Shown here piece after piece: positions 13,250 through 25,135 of a DNA stretch of 64,000 bases. The notes below the pieces were generated by a model. It saw only the letters and a program-made list of their open reading frames with translations. It was not told the origin of the DNA and did no database searches. Origin of the DNA: Owenia fusiformis (lineage: Eukaryota); the NCBI GenBank assembly GCA_903813345.2, contig CAIIXF020000001.1, positions 2,418,001 through 2,482,000 of the forward strand. Direction: 5' to 3'. The translations under genes were made by a program, and so were the position numbers. The stretch's first letter is position 1. Every line of letters starts with the position of its first letter.

Positions 13250-13801
13250 AACCAATTCTGTTCGTTCTCCCAACAAGTGGAAGTTGCAGACATTGACATC
13301 GGATGGTCCAATCATGTTGTTTATGGACCATCATGATATGAGCTCATTTTTGAATCATTACATTTTCCAACAAGATGGAGCTCCAAGTAATAGATCCCAC
13401 AAGAGTGTCAAATGTTTAAAGGAATCAGTCCCTTAAGGACAGAATTGTTGAGAAGTGGAATTCATTGTCTCAACATGTCAATGATGCTTTGACCAGTTTG
13501 GCCAAAATTGAGGGCTATAATTGATCAAAATGGTGGCAAATTAAGCGTCTGATTATGTAAATCAAGTTGACAAAAAACTTGGTTTTTGGAAGTTTTCGAA
13601 AACCCGTTTTGAAACGAAAATGACATCATTTATATTATGGATGCTGGTTTACAGGCATCATAATAAATTTGAACTTATGATATACCAAATCAAAGATAAG
13701 TAAATTCCCTATCCACTGGTATATAATATGACATGTTTTCATGAAGAATATCAATATTTATTTTTGAAATATGAGTGTCCCATTTTTGAAACCACCCTGT
13801 A
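13250..13801 (+). mobile_element. Tc1/mariner remnant inside a transposase intron
   Basis: TTCCAACAAGATGGAGCTCCA encodes the FQQDGAP motif at about 13365-13385. The 3' end tttgaaaccaccctg-ta is typical of a Tc1/mariner TIR followed by TA. Confidence 0.65.
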
Positions 13802-14227
13802 AATGAGAGATGATCAATGTTTTTAAAACATAAATCAGGGACATATTACAATTTTTGGCAATTTGAAAACTTCTGATTCTTTACAATCACTTTATTTTGA
13901 GATTTGAGTGAAACATACTCCAACACCAGCATTCTTTAATCTTTCCACCAGAAGAGCTTTATTCCCATTAGTTGGTAGATCCCTCCTGGCACATTCAGTA
14001 ATCAGCTGCTGTTTGGGCAGGACATTGACTGGTTCCAAACACCGGTCTTCGATGTCTCCAAGGACATTTTGCAAGTTGATCGCTGTCCTTACCTTGTGTA
14101 ACTCATCACCTAAGAATGTATAGTTTATTTATAATTATATAGTTTTTCATTGTTACAAGATACATGCCCTTGATATCAATTTTAGTACAGTGCAACTAGT
14201 TTTCTCATCTTAAGGTAGAACTAGATA

Positions 14228-14513
14228 CTGTAGAAGCAGAAATTATAGCGGGAACATACTATAACGAAATATAGGCCTAGCCAAAATCATAAAACGCGAA
14301 AATAAATTATAGCGTTTTAAGGCTGGTTTATTTTTCTATTTTGGGTTCAAATCGCCAGAAGGATCGGAGAATTTATTTTTATTTTTTTCGTCTTCATATT
14401 TTTTCACCTGTGAAGGTCTAGATGTTATTATCATGGAATTAAATGTAACGATCGAAGTTAGACGCTATTTTTTCGCTATAATATCTTCCTCGTTATAATT
14501 ACTGCTTCTACAG
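14228..14513. mobile_element. MITE with TA target duplication
   Basis: ta|ctgtagaagcagaaattatagcg ... cgttataattactgcttctacag|ta. Confidence 0.75.
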
Positions 14514-16629
14514 TATATATGCAAGCAACATCTACAGCTGACATTTTAATGATAAAAATGGTAACCATAAAATAGAAAAATAGTACATTATTGTAAAAAT
14601 CTTTAGTATTCCTGAACACATTTTAGTTAAGAAAACATTAATCAACATGATCAATGTACTTCTTTCTTTTTACATTTTACTACTGTTTCAAAAAGAGGCT
14701 CTAGGAGTTTTCTTATCTAAGAACAGTATTATTTACAATATCTGTACATCGTTACTGATATGGGAGATTGATACGATATAGGTATGATTTAAGATTTATT
14801 TACCATTTAGGGAAGAAGATTTTCGAATGGATTTGCTGCCGACTGTGGCTTCCTTGTCCTGCCAGAAGTGGAATTTGACATCAAATTGAGCATTTCCGCG
14901 CAGAGTTGGTCTTCTAAGTTTTGTACCATGACCCATACAATCACCTTCATTAAATTAATCAATTTAATTAAGTTATTTTACACTTTATATAAACTATATA
15001 TATACATATTATTACATCTTTGATTTTGACTAATGATGCCAAATACTCTCAAGGTTCAAGGTAACCTCAGAGTAAATTTTCAGGAAAATTAGTATTTTAT
15101 GATTTAAACTTATACTAACCAACACTGCCTTGTCAGCCACTCTATGAATAATTTATTGGACTAACTTATTCCTTACCTGGTTCAGAAGCTTTTCTGCGAT
15201 TCTCATATCCATGTGTAAGGTGTCGGGAATTATGGAGGAGAATTCAATCGGAAGGAGGGGTTGCCTCACATGGCGGCCCCTTTCGGGGGATTTTCCACAT
15301 TCAAGTAATGGCAGATACTTTGAAGTGTCCTGCTCACCTGCATGTACCATATTAAATTATGTGAAAATTATCCTAATAGCCCCCATATGTGCCTTCATTG
15401 TCCAATGAGTCTTAAGTTATTTCCTGTGCCAATGATATTTTTTGTAAGTGAAACAGATACGAAATGGTTACTTTTTCACACAAAGTTTACATTTATGACT
15501 ATCCTGTATTTATATTAGCTTCATTATACTCAAATGAAATAAATATTAACACTCACTTCCAAAGTTGCTGATTTCCGCCTTTGTGCAGTGACACCATATA
15601 CAGAAATATTTGGAATTGGCGGGACTGAGGCCCATTATGATGGCACTATCCTTCCAGTCACATTCCATTTTCCTGTTAAGACATGTAACAGTAAAGTCAT
15701 ATAAAAATTAATAATGATCCTTTAATACTGAGTAAGATCTTTATCTGGCAAAATTCGGTTACAATTTCAAATATTAATCGGAAATGAAACAATTGCTTAT
15801 GATAACATACAATACAGACTTACTCAATTAATTATTTTTCTAATAATATGGTTTACTTCTATATTTCATTGTGAATTTTATTTATGAATGACTCTACATC
15901 AATGCTTTGAATAAGTCCTACCAAAAAACTGAAATGTGTCGAGCTCATCAAAATCCAGGCCATCTCCCTTTAACAAAATCATATCTTGAAACGATGTGTT
16001 GCCACACATGGCCTCATTTTCCACATCCTCTTTTCCTGAAATCAAAACTTTTTGCAATTGCCAATTCTACAAACATTTGACATAAAAATCATCCATGAAT
16101 AAACTTTAATTTGAGAGCTCAATGAAGTAACCAGCATGTTTAAAGGGAGTATCAGATCTTGGGAATGCTCTTAACCATGTTAAGAACAATTGTTTCAACT
16201 TAAGAATATTTTTGACTTATACCATTCCTTGCAATTCTTGTTATCTAAAAATCTCCATCAGAGTGCATACTTTGTTTGATGAAAACAGATGTTTGAAGAC
16301 ACAGGTCTGATTCTACCTTTAAATATCATGAGATAAATGTACTTGGAAACTAATATACAAGATTATCCGACACTTAGTGTACTAAATGTATAATAACATT
16401 AAAGAATAAATTTGATATTTATTGGCAAAATGAATAACCAGAGGATATCGTAACGATATACTCCGGGCAGAGGATATCGTGACGATATACTACCCAATAT
16501 GCGGAGGATATTGTGACGATATACTCCGCTTGTTGATTTCATGCCAAATTGACTCTATTTGGCATGAAATTCATTTTGCAATGATATAATAGATTTATTA
16601 CACTTCTTGTAAGTGTAGGATAATAAGAA

Positions 16630-16747
16630 CATCCTATGATTTTTTTCAGAATATCATTTTAATCTACTCGGTGATATTGATATATGAAATATCAATATCA
16701 CCTCGTAGATAAAAATGATATTCCTCAAAATCATAGGATATCCTATA
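16630..16747. repeat. Hairpin element
   Basis: atcctatgatttt...tctactcggtgatattgatat / atatcaatatcacctcgtaga...aaaatcataggat. Confidence 0.75.
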
Positions 16748-17689
16748 AATATACCTTAGGTCCAGTGACTATTGGCTAGTAGGAAAACAGAAAATAGTCT
16801 TGCTGCAATTAATTTCAAAAAGCTACTCATGCTAATCATGCTATTCGATTTTCTTTAAAAGATCTATCAATAATAGATCAATAATGTTTATTGTTTACTT
16901 AATGTTTAATGTTTATTGTTTACTTAATACTGTACCTTTATAGACTTTATAAACTTAATACTGTTCCTTTATAAAAGTAAAATGGGTGTTCTGTAGTTAG
17001 GTAAAGAGGATTCTGGCTCTTGACACTAAAGGCCCCTTGAACAGAATTGATGTTCATTGTCAGCTTTGCACCATCCGTTTCCAATATAAGCTCTACTGTT
17101 CATATCTAGCATCAGTGCTTTCTTGACAATCTGTTTCAGGTACCGCCTAGCACCATCTTGACATGAACTCTGGAAACAAAAATAAATTAATTCTTAACTA
17201 TCTTGAATTGATATATTTTGAATTTTCTGAACCCAGAATTAGAAAAGGATACAATATTTGTAATACACTATAAATTGCCTTTCATTTGAGTATAATGAAG
17301 TTATAGCAAGATCTCAAAATTAACAAAATTTCCTATTTGCCCCATCCCTAGGGGTAGTGCCAAAAACTTGGAGTAATATATGTCATAAAGATTATTTGGA
17401 TAAACTACCCAAATTCCAAAAAGGAATACTTGAATTACTTTGGTTAGAAATGCAATAAAATACCATCATCTTCAAAGCTAAGGCCATCCAAACTTTGTTG
17501 GCATATTAACTCGGCTTCATTATGCTTCAACTTACAGATTATACTTCATATAATTGTGAAAAATAACCAGTTTTGTGAAAAAGTGTAATGCATTGTAAAA
17601 CTTTCGTTCCGGATATGAAAGGGTGTCCCGAAAGTATGCCCCCCCAGGCAGACATATACCAATGTCTCCATAGTATGTGTCATATACAT

Positions 17690-19521
17690 TTTAAAGTTTC
17701 GCAAGGATCCTGCCATGACCGTGGTAGTGTTATCATGAAATCCTGGTATAACCGTGACAATGTACAGTTGGGGACAAAAATAAATGACAGGTCGATTTTC
17801 GATCACCATTTCCTAATTATGGTGGTCTGAAAGCCCATAATTTCCAATATTGTCTAGATATATATCCCTTAAAATTTGTATATTTTACATTTTGTATAAT
17901 CTCATCCACTGATATATGGCCTCTTGTAAATTCTCTTATTTTTAACATGGGAAATCCTCACTTCAGCAAATCCACCTGTCATTTATTTATGTCCCCAACT
18001 GTAATATTATATTGCAAGGCCTGTCATGACCGTGGTAATATTAAAGCCTGATATGGCCGTGACAATGTTTACGTTCTTGAATGAGATTAGAATTATAGTT
18101 TATGGAAATAAATTATGAGTTAAGTAGTAGCAGTACTACAGTAGTCTAGATTTACATATTTAAGGTAGATAAACGATGAAAGGAGAACCTCCGATAAGGA
18201 GAGCTTTTTAGAAGGACATTGCTTTTTTATTCTGGATGTGATAATCATGGAAGTTTAACACTACATCAGAGATGATCTTAGATATTAGGTGATCTTAGAT
18301 ATTCCCAAAACAACTTGTGTGATATAGAAATTGCTTTTTTAAGAACATTTTTTGCAAGGCAATGAACTCGTTTTTTAAGGTTAGACTCTTTATTTGTGGT
18401 TAAAATCCGTGTATGGCCTGATGGGATAGGCACAAAGTGTCACAGTTGTAAGATACCTATTTATCTGAACTCTCAGAAAATAAAAAGAAATCAATGGGCG
18501 TTTCCCTAGAAATATGTTTTTGAGACCTTTTCCACTCATGAGAATGACGGAATAATAGAACCAATTCATAAAAAATTCTTAAAATATATTTCTGGTGGAG
18601 CGCCCATCGATTTCTTTACGAATACTAAGACTTTGCTTCATTATGTTACTTAGCCACATTCTATTTTGCTCGTACAGTAAAGGAAAAGTTATTGATTTTA
18701 AGCAAAATGTAACGGTTAAATATGGGAAATTGAATTATATCGATTCACAAAAACCGTTCTTCAAACGCACGTTTTAATAATTTGAAGAAAATATTTCAGG
18801 ATGTATAAATTCACTTCATTTGTAAAAGTATGTATGTGCTTTTACATTACCACAGTCATGACAGGCCTTGCAACCATTGTCACTGTCATATCAGGCTTTA
18901 ACATTACCATGGTCATGACAGGCCTTGCAACCATTGTCACGGTCATATCAGGCTTTAACATTACCACGGTCACGACAGGCCCTACTATAGCATTGTCACG
19001 GTCATATCAGGCTTTAACTTTACCACAGTCATGACAGGCCTTGCAATATAGTATAGCATTGTCATTTGTCACGGTCATATCAGGCTTTAACATTACCACG
19101 GTCATGACAGGCCTTGCAATATAGTGTAGTATTGTCACGGTCATATCAGGCTTTAACATTACCACGGTCATGACAGGCCTTGCAATATAGTGTAGTATTG
19201 TCACGGTCATATCAGGCTTTAACATTACCACGGTCATGACAGGCCTTGCAATATAGTGTAGTATTGTCACGGTCATATCAGGCTTTAACATTACCATGGT
19301 CATGACAGGCCTTGCAATATAGTGTAGTATTGTCACGGTCATATCAGGCTTTAACATTACCACGGTCATGACAGGACTAGCAATATAATATAGCATCGTC
19401 ACTGTTATACCAGGCTTTCACGATAACACTACCACAGTCATGGCAGGATCCTTGCGAAACTTAAAAACACTTAATAACACGGTGACGGTTGTGCCAGGCG
19501 TAAGTCTTGCAACAGATAGGG
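17690..19521. mobile_element. Foldback non-autonomous DNA transposon, copy 1, with arms built from tandem subrepeats of about 54-66 bp
   Basis: The left arm (cgcaaggatcctgccatgaccgtggta...) is inverted relative to the right arm at 18840-19521, which ends gtcttgcaacagataggg. It explains the repetitive ORFs 18801-19034 and 19007-19402. Confidence 0.8.
17765..18001 (+). mobile_element. 237-bp Tc1/mariner-type MITE, copy 1, nested in the foldback arm
   Basis: ta|cagttggggacaaaaataaatgacagg ... cctgtcatttatttatgtccccaactg|ta. Confidence 0.88.
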
Positions 19522-20172
19522 TGACCTCAGCTTGACCCCCCAACTTAATTCCTGTGACACATGAAGAGATTCATCCCTTTCTTGCAAAGCAAGTGGAAGT
19601 GCATTCATCTGTTGCCCAGATGGCAGAATTTTTCTTCGGAAATACCCCCATCTGTCATTTATGCCTAGTCTAGCTAATCTAGTTCCAGAACTTGAAAATT
19701 CTGCCATCGTGAAGGTAAATTGCAAATAACTGCTCAAATTTTAACTGAATAATGAAGATTGATAGTGCTCACTGTGGGTTACTCGAGTCTCTAGCTAATT
19801 CTCGCGATCGTGGCCTTAGAAGAAGGTAAACTGTGGGTATTTTTCACATTCAACCAAATATTTGCGAATTTGTATACTCCCGCCATAATTAGTCAATCTT
19901 CCGGTACAAGTGTACTTAGATCTAGATTTGCGCCCTCTATAATTTCAGTATGAAATATACTTGCGACCATCTTTCAACATTGATTCCGTGATCTTCTTGG
20001 TTTTAAAATCACAACAAGGTATGTATATAGGTATATTTGATCAAATGCTAATGCTTTACTATTAGTTCGACATAATTTTACACGAATTAATTGCTTTATG
20101 ATCTCATAATACGCCATTTCAGACCAGACTTCTCTATTATCGCCCACAACCAATGACACAATTCACTCCTAG

Positions 20173-20561
20173 AGTCCATTTCACTGCTTCAGTTCGTCAG
20201 TAGAACGGCAAAAATAAGAAATTGGGAGACCATTGTGCAATAATATGTGGAAAAGTATATTCATAATGTACATGAATGACATTTGTATATCTTGGATTGC
20301 TTCTAGTTTGACTTATAAAGTGTGTGGCCTCTTATATTTGGATGTTTCTCTGCCATGTTATTTTCAATAAGATTAACATGGCTGAAATTCTTTAAATTAC
20401 AAGACGACACAGGCTTATTGCACAAAAAACTAAAAAATCTGAAATATACAAATGTCATTCATGTACATTATGAATATACTTTTCCATATATTATTGCACA
20501 ATGGTCTCCCAATTTCTTATTTTTGCCGTTCTACTGACGAACTGAAGCAGTGAAATGGACT
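20173..20561. mobile_element. MITE with near-perfect TIRs of about 118 bp
   Basis: agtccatttcactgcttcagttcgtcagtagaacggcaaaaataag... matches the inverted ...cttatttttgccgttctactgacgaactgaagcagtgaaatggact. Confidence 0.85.
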
Positions 20562-20732
20562 TTAGACTATCATGGGCTTTCAATGCCCATGCTCCTATGC
20601 AGTGTCCCAGAATAGCACCACAGTTGGCACTATCTATCTTCAGATATTCAGATATTAGATTGATATTAGCCAAATCTGACATCGTTTGCCTCACCCCCTC
20701 AAGCCATCTTTATTTGACATACAGTTGGGAGA

Positions 20733-21720
20733 CCCTATCTGTTGCAAGACTAACGCCTGGCGTAACCGTCACTATGTTATTCGGTGTTTTTTAAGTAGCG
20801 CAAGGATCCTGCCATGACCGTGGTAATGTTATCGTGAAAGCCTGGTATAACCGCGACAATGCTGTATTATATTAAAATGCCTGCCATGACCGTGGTAGTG
20901 TAATCGTGTAAGCCTGGCGCGACCGCAACCTTTATATGACATTAATGACCTCCATGTTTCGCCTGTTGCTGTTGGTATTTTTTATGGATAAATCTTATTA
21001 ATTGATCATTATAGAAAGTATATGCTTTCGAATCGAAGCTCCTTGAATGAGAGTAGAGATATAGTTTGTTCGCAAATTATTTATGAGTAAAAATTAGGGT
21101 TTCGTCGTGAAATTAATACACATTTTTAGTAGTCTTTATTTACATTTAAGGTAGATAAACACGAAGAAAAATTGTCATTACGATGTTCTCATGCTACTTT
21201 AAATACAACCACGGTCATGAGAGGCCTTGCAACTATTGTCACGGTCATACGGGCCTTTAACATTACCACGGTCATGACAGGCCTTGCAATATAATATAGC
21301 ATTGTCACGGTCATATCAGGCTTTAACCTTACCACGGGCCTTTCAATCATTATGACAGTCATATAATATTTACGGCAATATAACATAGCATTTCAATCAT
21401 TATGACAGTCATATAATATTTACGGCAATATAACATAGCATTGTCAAGGTCATGGCAGGCTTTACAAGCATTGTCACGGTCATACTGGGCTTTAACATTA
21501 CCATGGTCATGACAGGCCATGCAACCATTGTCACGGTCATACGGGGCTTTTACATTGCCACGGTCATGACAGGCCTTGCAATATAATACAGCGTTGTCAC
21601 GGTTATACCAGGCTTACAAAATAACACTGCCACGGTCATGGCAGGATCCTTGCGCTACTTAAAAAACACAGAATAACATGGTGACGGTTACACCAGGCGT
21701 TAGTCTTGCAATAGATAGCA
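20733..21720. mobile_element. Foldback element, copy 2 (same family as 17690-19521)
   Basis: ccctatctgttgcaagactaacgcctgg ... ccaggcgttagtcttgcaatagatag. It shares the internal segment tttaaggtagataaac with copy 1. Confidence 0.8.
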
Positions 21721-21725
21721 TGTGA

Positions 21726-21962
21726 CAGTTGGGGACATAAATAAATGACAGGTGGATTTGCTGAAGTGAGGATTTCCCATGTTAAAAATAAGAGAATTTA
21801 CAAGAGGCCACAAATCAATGGATGAGATTATACAAAATGTAAAATATACAAATTTTAAGGAATATGTATCTAGACAATATTGGAAATTATGGGCTTTCAG
21901 ACCACCATAATTAGGAAATGGCGATCAAAAATCGACCTGTCATTTATTTTTGTCCCCAACTG
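21726..21962 (-). mobile_element. 237-bp Tc1/mariner-type MITE, copy 2 (opposite orientation)
   Basis: Near-identical reverse complement of 17765-18001. Confidence 0.88.
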
Positions 21963-23167
21963 TATTTACAGTCTGTTAACTGTTAAAAATAATAACAACA
22001 TAACTTCGACATATGAGTGTTACCTGATGAATGGGACCCTCACGTGCCTTCCAAATGGTAGTACACGAACTCTAGTGTAACTACATCAGCTTATCTTTCC
22101 GTCCGATCAACAATAAGTACAGTTATACAAGAAATGTAAACGAAGTGAAAATATTCCCAAAGATTTTCCGCCAACATAGGGACTCATTTTTAGGTAAAAT
22201 CCCTGATTCAACGATGAAAATTAACGAATAAAGTAGTTCCTGTTTACGGGACCATATTCTTGCCAACTTCAATGGTGTGTATAGTAGGTTTAAGTGTATG
22301 CACTATGGCCATTTGAGGTATGTATGTAAAGCTGAGGCCAAGTACTTTCTAAATGTGCCATTTTTAGAAAAAAATCTCAATTCATTTACTACTAGAATAT
22401 AGGACTACACTTATTTTATATGTCAGTTTTCAATTTAGTACATGTTTCATAATTGAATCTAATGTATTCATGCTAAATGTGTCAAATAAAGATGGCTTGA
22501 GGGGGTTCACTTTGGCAAATTTGGCCAAAAATCACACGAAAAGTGGTCAAAATGGTGAAAAAGTGCATGATTTTGAAAGAATTTTTGGCCATGGGGGGTT
22601 CACCTGAACCCCCTGGCTACGGGCCTGACATGTATATCAGTATAAATACTATGTAGATTAAGTTTGATCACTGTGCTAACTTTATTTAAATATGAATTGC
22701 ATGGTCTTCAGATCCATAATAATTCTATACATATGAGATATCTTACGTTCATATTTGAGAGCACATTCAAATTAAAGATCAATGTGTACATGTAAATTCA
22801 GGGATTATTTCCATTCTTCTATTCGAAACGAAATCAAATTTGTAATTATTGAGAATCTTCAAAAATCGATTCCTATTTTTATGTTTTTGTGAAATATTTA
22901 TTTTTCATCGGTCTGAGAAATAAAATTTGAGAGGCCTGTATGTACTTGGTGTACATGTAGCTATTCCACTGCTTCTTTATGCATAATTGTGGCAAAGATC
23001 CTTCATCAAAGATTCTTTCTTTTGTCTCGATCACAACTTTTAACACATTCTCCGAAAAGTTTGACTCAATGTCATGGAAGAATATTTCTGAAGTATTCCT
23101 AGAAAAGATTTTGATTTTTAGTTATATATTGTTCTAATAACTCTGATTAACTTTTCAGGCCATCAGC

Positions 23168-25135
23168 ATGACTGATTGTGTTGATGTCCAAAATAAACCA
23201 ACTGAAACAGTTGAAGACTCGATGGCCATCTGTCCTCCAGATTCTGAGCAGTTAGAACAGAACATTGAAGAAAAGACTACATTGATTGAAGTGAAATGTG
23301 AACAACCTGAGTATGATGAACATACGGAAGAGTCCCTAAATACAGTCACTGTGTACCAGCCGGATGTCTGGCAACAAAAGGTTACGCCACCTCCAAGAGC
23401 AGCCAAGAGGAAAGCAAGAGACAAATGCAAAAAGATAGCTGTAGATGATTCAGGTATAGATGTCTCTGATCGTACTTTCAGTGTGCGTTCAACATGTAGA
23501 AGAAAGCATAAAACATACTATTGTGAACATTGTACATATGCAATTGGAAAACATGATCTCATGCAAAGTCATTATAGAACGGAACACCCAAAATTGGCCA
23601 AAATGCACAAATGTACATATAAGGGATGTGATTATTCATGTAACTGTCGCAAGTCCATCCAAGCTCATATATTAGCTATACATAAGAACGTCAAGTTCAG
23701 GTGTACACACCCTGATTGTACATTTGAGACAAACAGCAGAACTAAACTGAGGTATCATACCAAATCTCAACATTTAGCTGTGGAGGAATTTAAACCTTGG
23801 AAGTGTGATGAATGCGAGTTAAGATTTTGCCATGTTTATGATTTGAATAGACATCATTATGTACGCCACATGCCGGAGAAGCCATACTCCTGCGATGAAA
23901 AAGACTGCAATTACAAATGTAAATCAACTTGGGAATTGAAAAGTCACAAGTCACAAAGTCACAGTGATATTAGACCATATAAGTGTGGACAATGCGGATT
24001 ACGTACCAAGGTTCTTTCAGATCTTCGAAAACACATGATAAGACATTTGAATGTTCGAGAACACCAATGTGGTATTTGTGATAAGAAATTTATTTGTGCA
24101 GCAGATGCTAAACGACATAGGGATGATATACATAGTGATTTACAAATAAAATGTGAATACTGCCCCTATATTGCCAAATCAAGAGCCAAATTTAGAAAAC
24201 ATTTAGAAAAACATGGTTCAAGGTGGTTCAGTTGTGCTCACTGTTCTCAGAAGTATCATTCAAAATCTTCTCTCAAACAGCACATAAGAACACATGATCC
24301 GGATCGTCCCTTTCCTTGTCCCATCTGCGAGGAATACGTAGCAACTTCTGTATTCACATTAGTTGTTCACATTGGAAAACTTCATAAAGATTATCGGTAC
24401 CTGTATGAGTGCATTGTCTGTAGGAGATCTTATAACAAAAGTTGCCAACTGAGGCAACATTTTGAAACTGATTTACACAAGATGACTAAAGCAGCTGATC
24501 CCGCACTAAAGGATGAACCAGATGATCTGTATAAAGGACTCATGGAAAAGCTTTACTCAGTCAATGGAGTAAAGAAAACTACTAAGAAAAAAGAGAAATA
24601 CAAATGGGCAGACAACTTAAAGGGCCCTCGTCCCAAAATCAGTCCTAAGTCAAATGATTTAGTCAATGGTACATCCAAGGCGATACCTAAGAAACCTCCC
24701 AGCCGCAAGAGGAAAACATGTGAGAAGGCTACAAAATCCAGAAAAGGAAATACTCGCAATAAAAAGAGAAAGGGACAAATGTCTAATGAAAAAAAAGATT
24801 CTCATGTAGGAACTGTTAAGGAAGAATGTGAAGATACACCTATACATGATGAAAGCAAAAGAAAGCGGAAATCCAATAACTGTTATGCAACTGCAACTGA
24901 GAGCACTTGTGAAAATACTGATCAAATGGATGTACTCTCAAATGGTCACGAGAGCCATCCGACAGAATCAAGTGAAAAATTATTATCTGATTTTGTGAGC
25001 AACGCAGATGTAGGAACTCTTGAGAATGTGGTTGTTAAGATTGAGAAAGATGATGGTGAACAGGAAATGTATGGTTTCCAAGTTTTACCAAGTGAAACAC
25101 TGGAGCAAAGAGAGATAGACCCTTTAATGACATAG
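23168..25135 (+). CDS. C2H2 zinc-finger protein (655 aa, about 11 fingers, basic low-complexity C-terminus)
   Basis: Intact ORF with repeated CxxC/CxxxxC...HxxxH/HxxxxH fingers and EKPY/IRPY/DRPF-type linkers. An acceptor ttttcag at 23152-23158 lies just before the ATG. A probable non-coding upstream exon ends at 22317 (gag|gtatgt). Confidence 0.93.
   Translation: MTDCVDVQNKPTETVEDSMAICPPDSEQLEQNIEEKTTLIEVKCEQPEYDEHTEESLNTVTVYQPDVWQQKVTPPPRAAKRKARDKCKKIAVDDSGIDVSDRTFSVRSTCRRKHKTYYCEHCTYAIGKHDLMQSHYRTEHPKLAKMHKCTYKGCDYSCNCRKSIQAHILAIHKNVKFRCTHPDCTFETNSRTKLRYHTKSQHLAVEEFKPWKCDECELRFCHVYDLNRHHYVRHMPEKPYSCDEKDCNYKCKSTWELKSHKSQSHSDIRPYKCGQCGLRTKVLSDLRKHMIRHLNVREHQCGICDKKFICAADAKRHRDDIHSDLQIKCEYCPYIAKSRAKFRKHLEKHGSRWFSCAHCSQKYHSKSSLKQHIRTHDPDRPFPCPICEEYVATSVFTLVVHIGKLHKDYRYLYECIVCRRSYNKSCQLRQHFETDLHKMTKAADPALKDEPDDLYKGLMEKLYSVNGVKKTTKKKEKYKWADNLKGPRPKISPKSNDLVNGTSKAIPKKPPSRKRKTCEKATKSRKGNTRNKKRKGQMSNEKKDSHVGTVKEECEDTPIHDESKRKRKSNNCYATATESTCENTDQMDVLSNGHESHPTESSEKLLSDFVSNADVGTLENVVVKIEKDDGEQEMYGFQVLPSETLEQREIDPLMT

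Larger units (their letters stand above)
10972..19700 (-). pseudogene. Decayed intron-containing DDE transposase of the Transib/RAG1/Chapaev type with a SAP-domain insertion. Exons (5' to 3'): about 19700-19525 (tentative), 17169-16967, 16035-15922, 15672-15557, about 15338-15177, 14944-14804, 14109-13919, 13100-13023, 11571-11420, 11133-10972
   Basis: Motifs in RAG1-core order: VELILETDGAK (D1, codon 17073-75), EHPFYFYKGKED, MECDWKDSAIIMGLSPANSKYFCIWCHCTK (D2, codon 15657-59, plus CxxC), PLLPIEFSSIIPDTLHMDMRIAEKLL, VKFHFWQ...SSLNGDELHKV, IQTLWN, GLVYHIPYFLQRYGNIHCLGTHCLEQKNH (E, codon 11498-11500), QIMQWEN. Splice sites are mostly canonical. There are at least three frameshifts, a mutated and duplicated donor at about 16936/16967, and one expected exon that I could not find. 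Confidence 0.8.

Noticed and set aside
18801-19402. Repetitive ORFs (ARPVMTVVMLKPDMTVT...), also at 21189-21386 and 47703-47906
   Set aside because: Translations of foldback subterminal repeats; open on both strands and with no protein motif.
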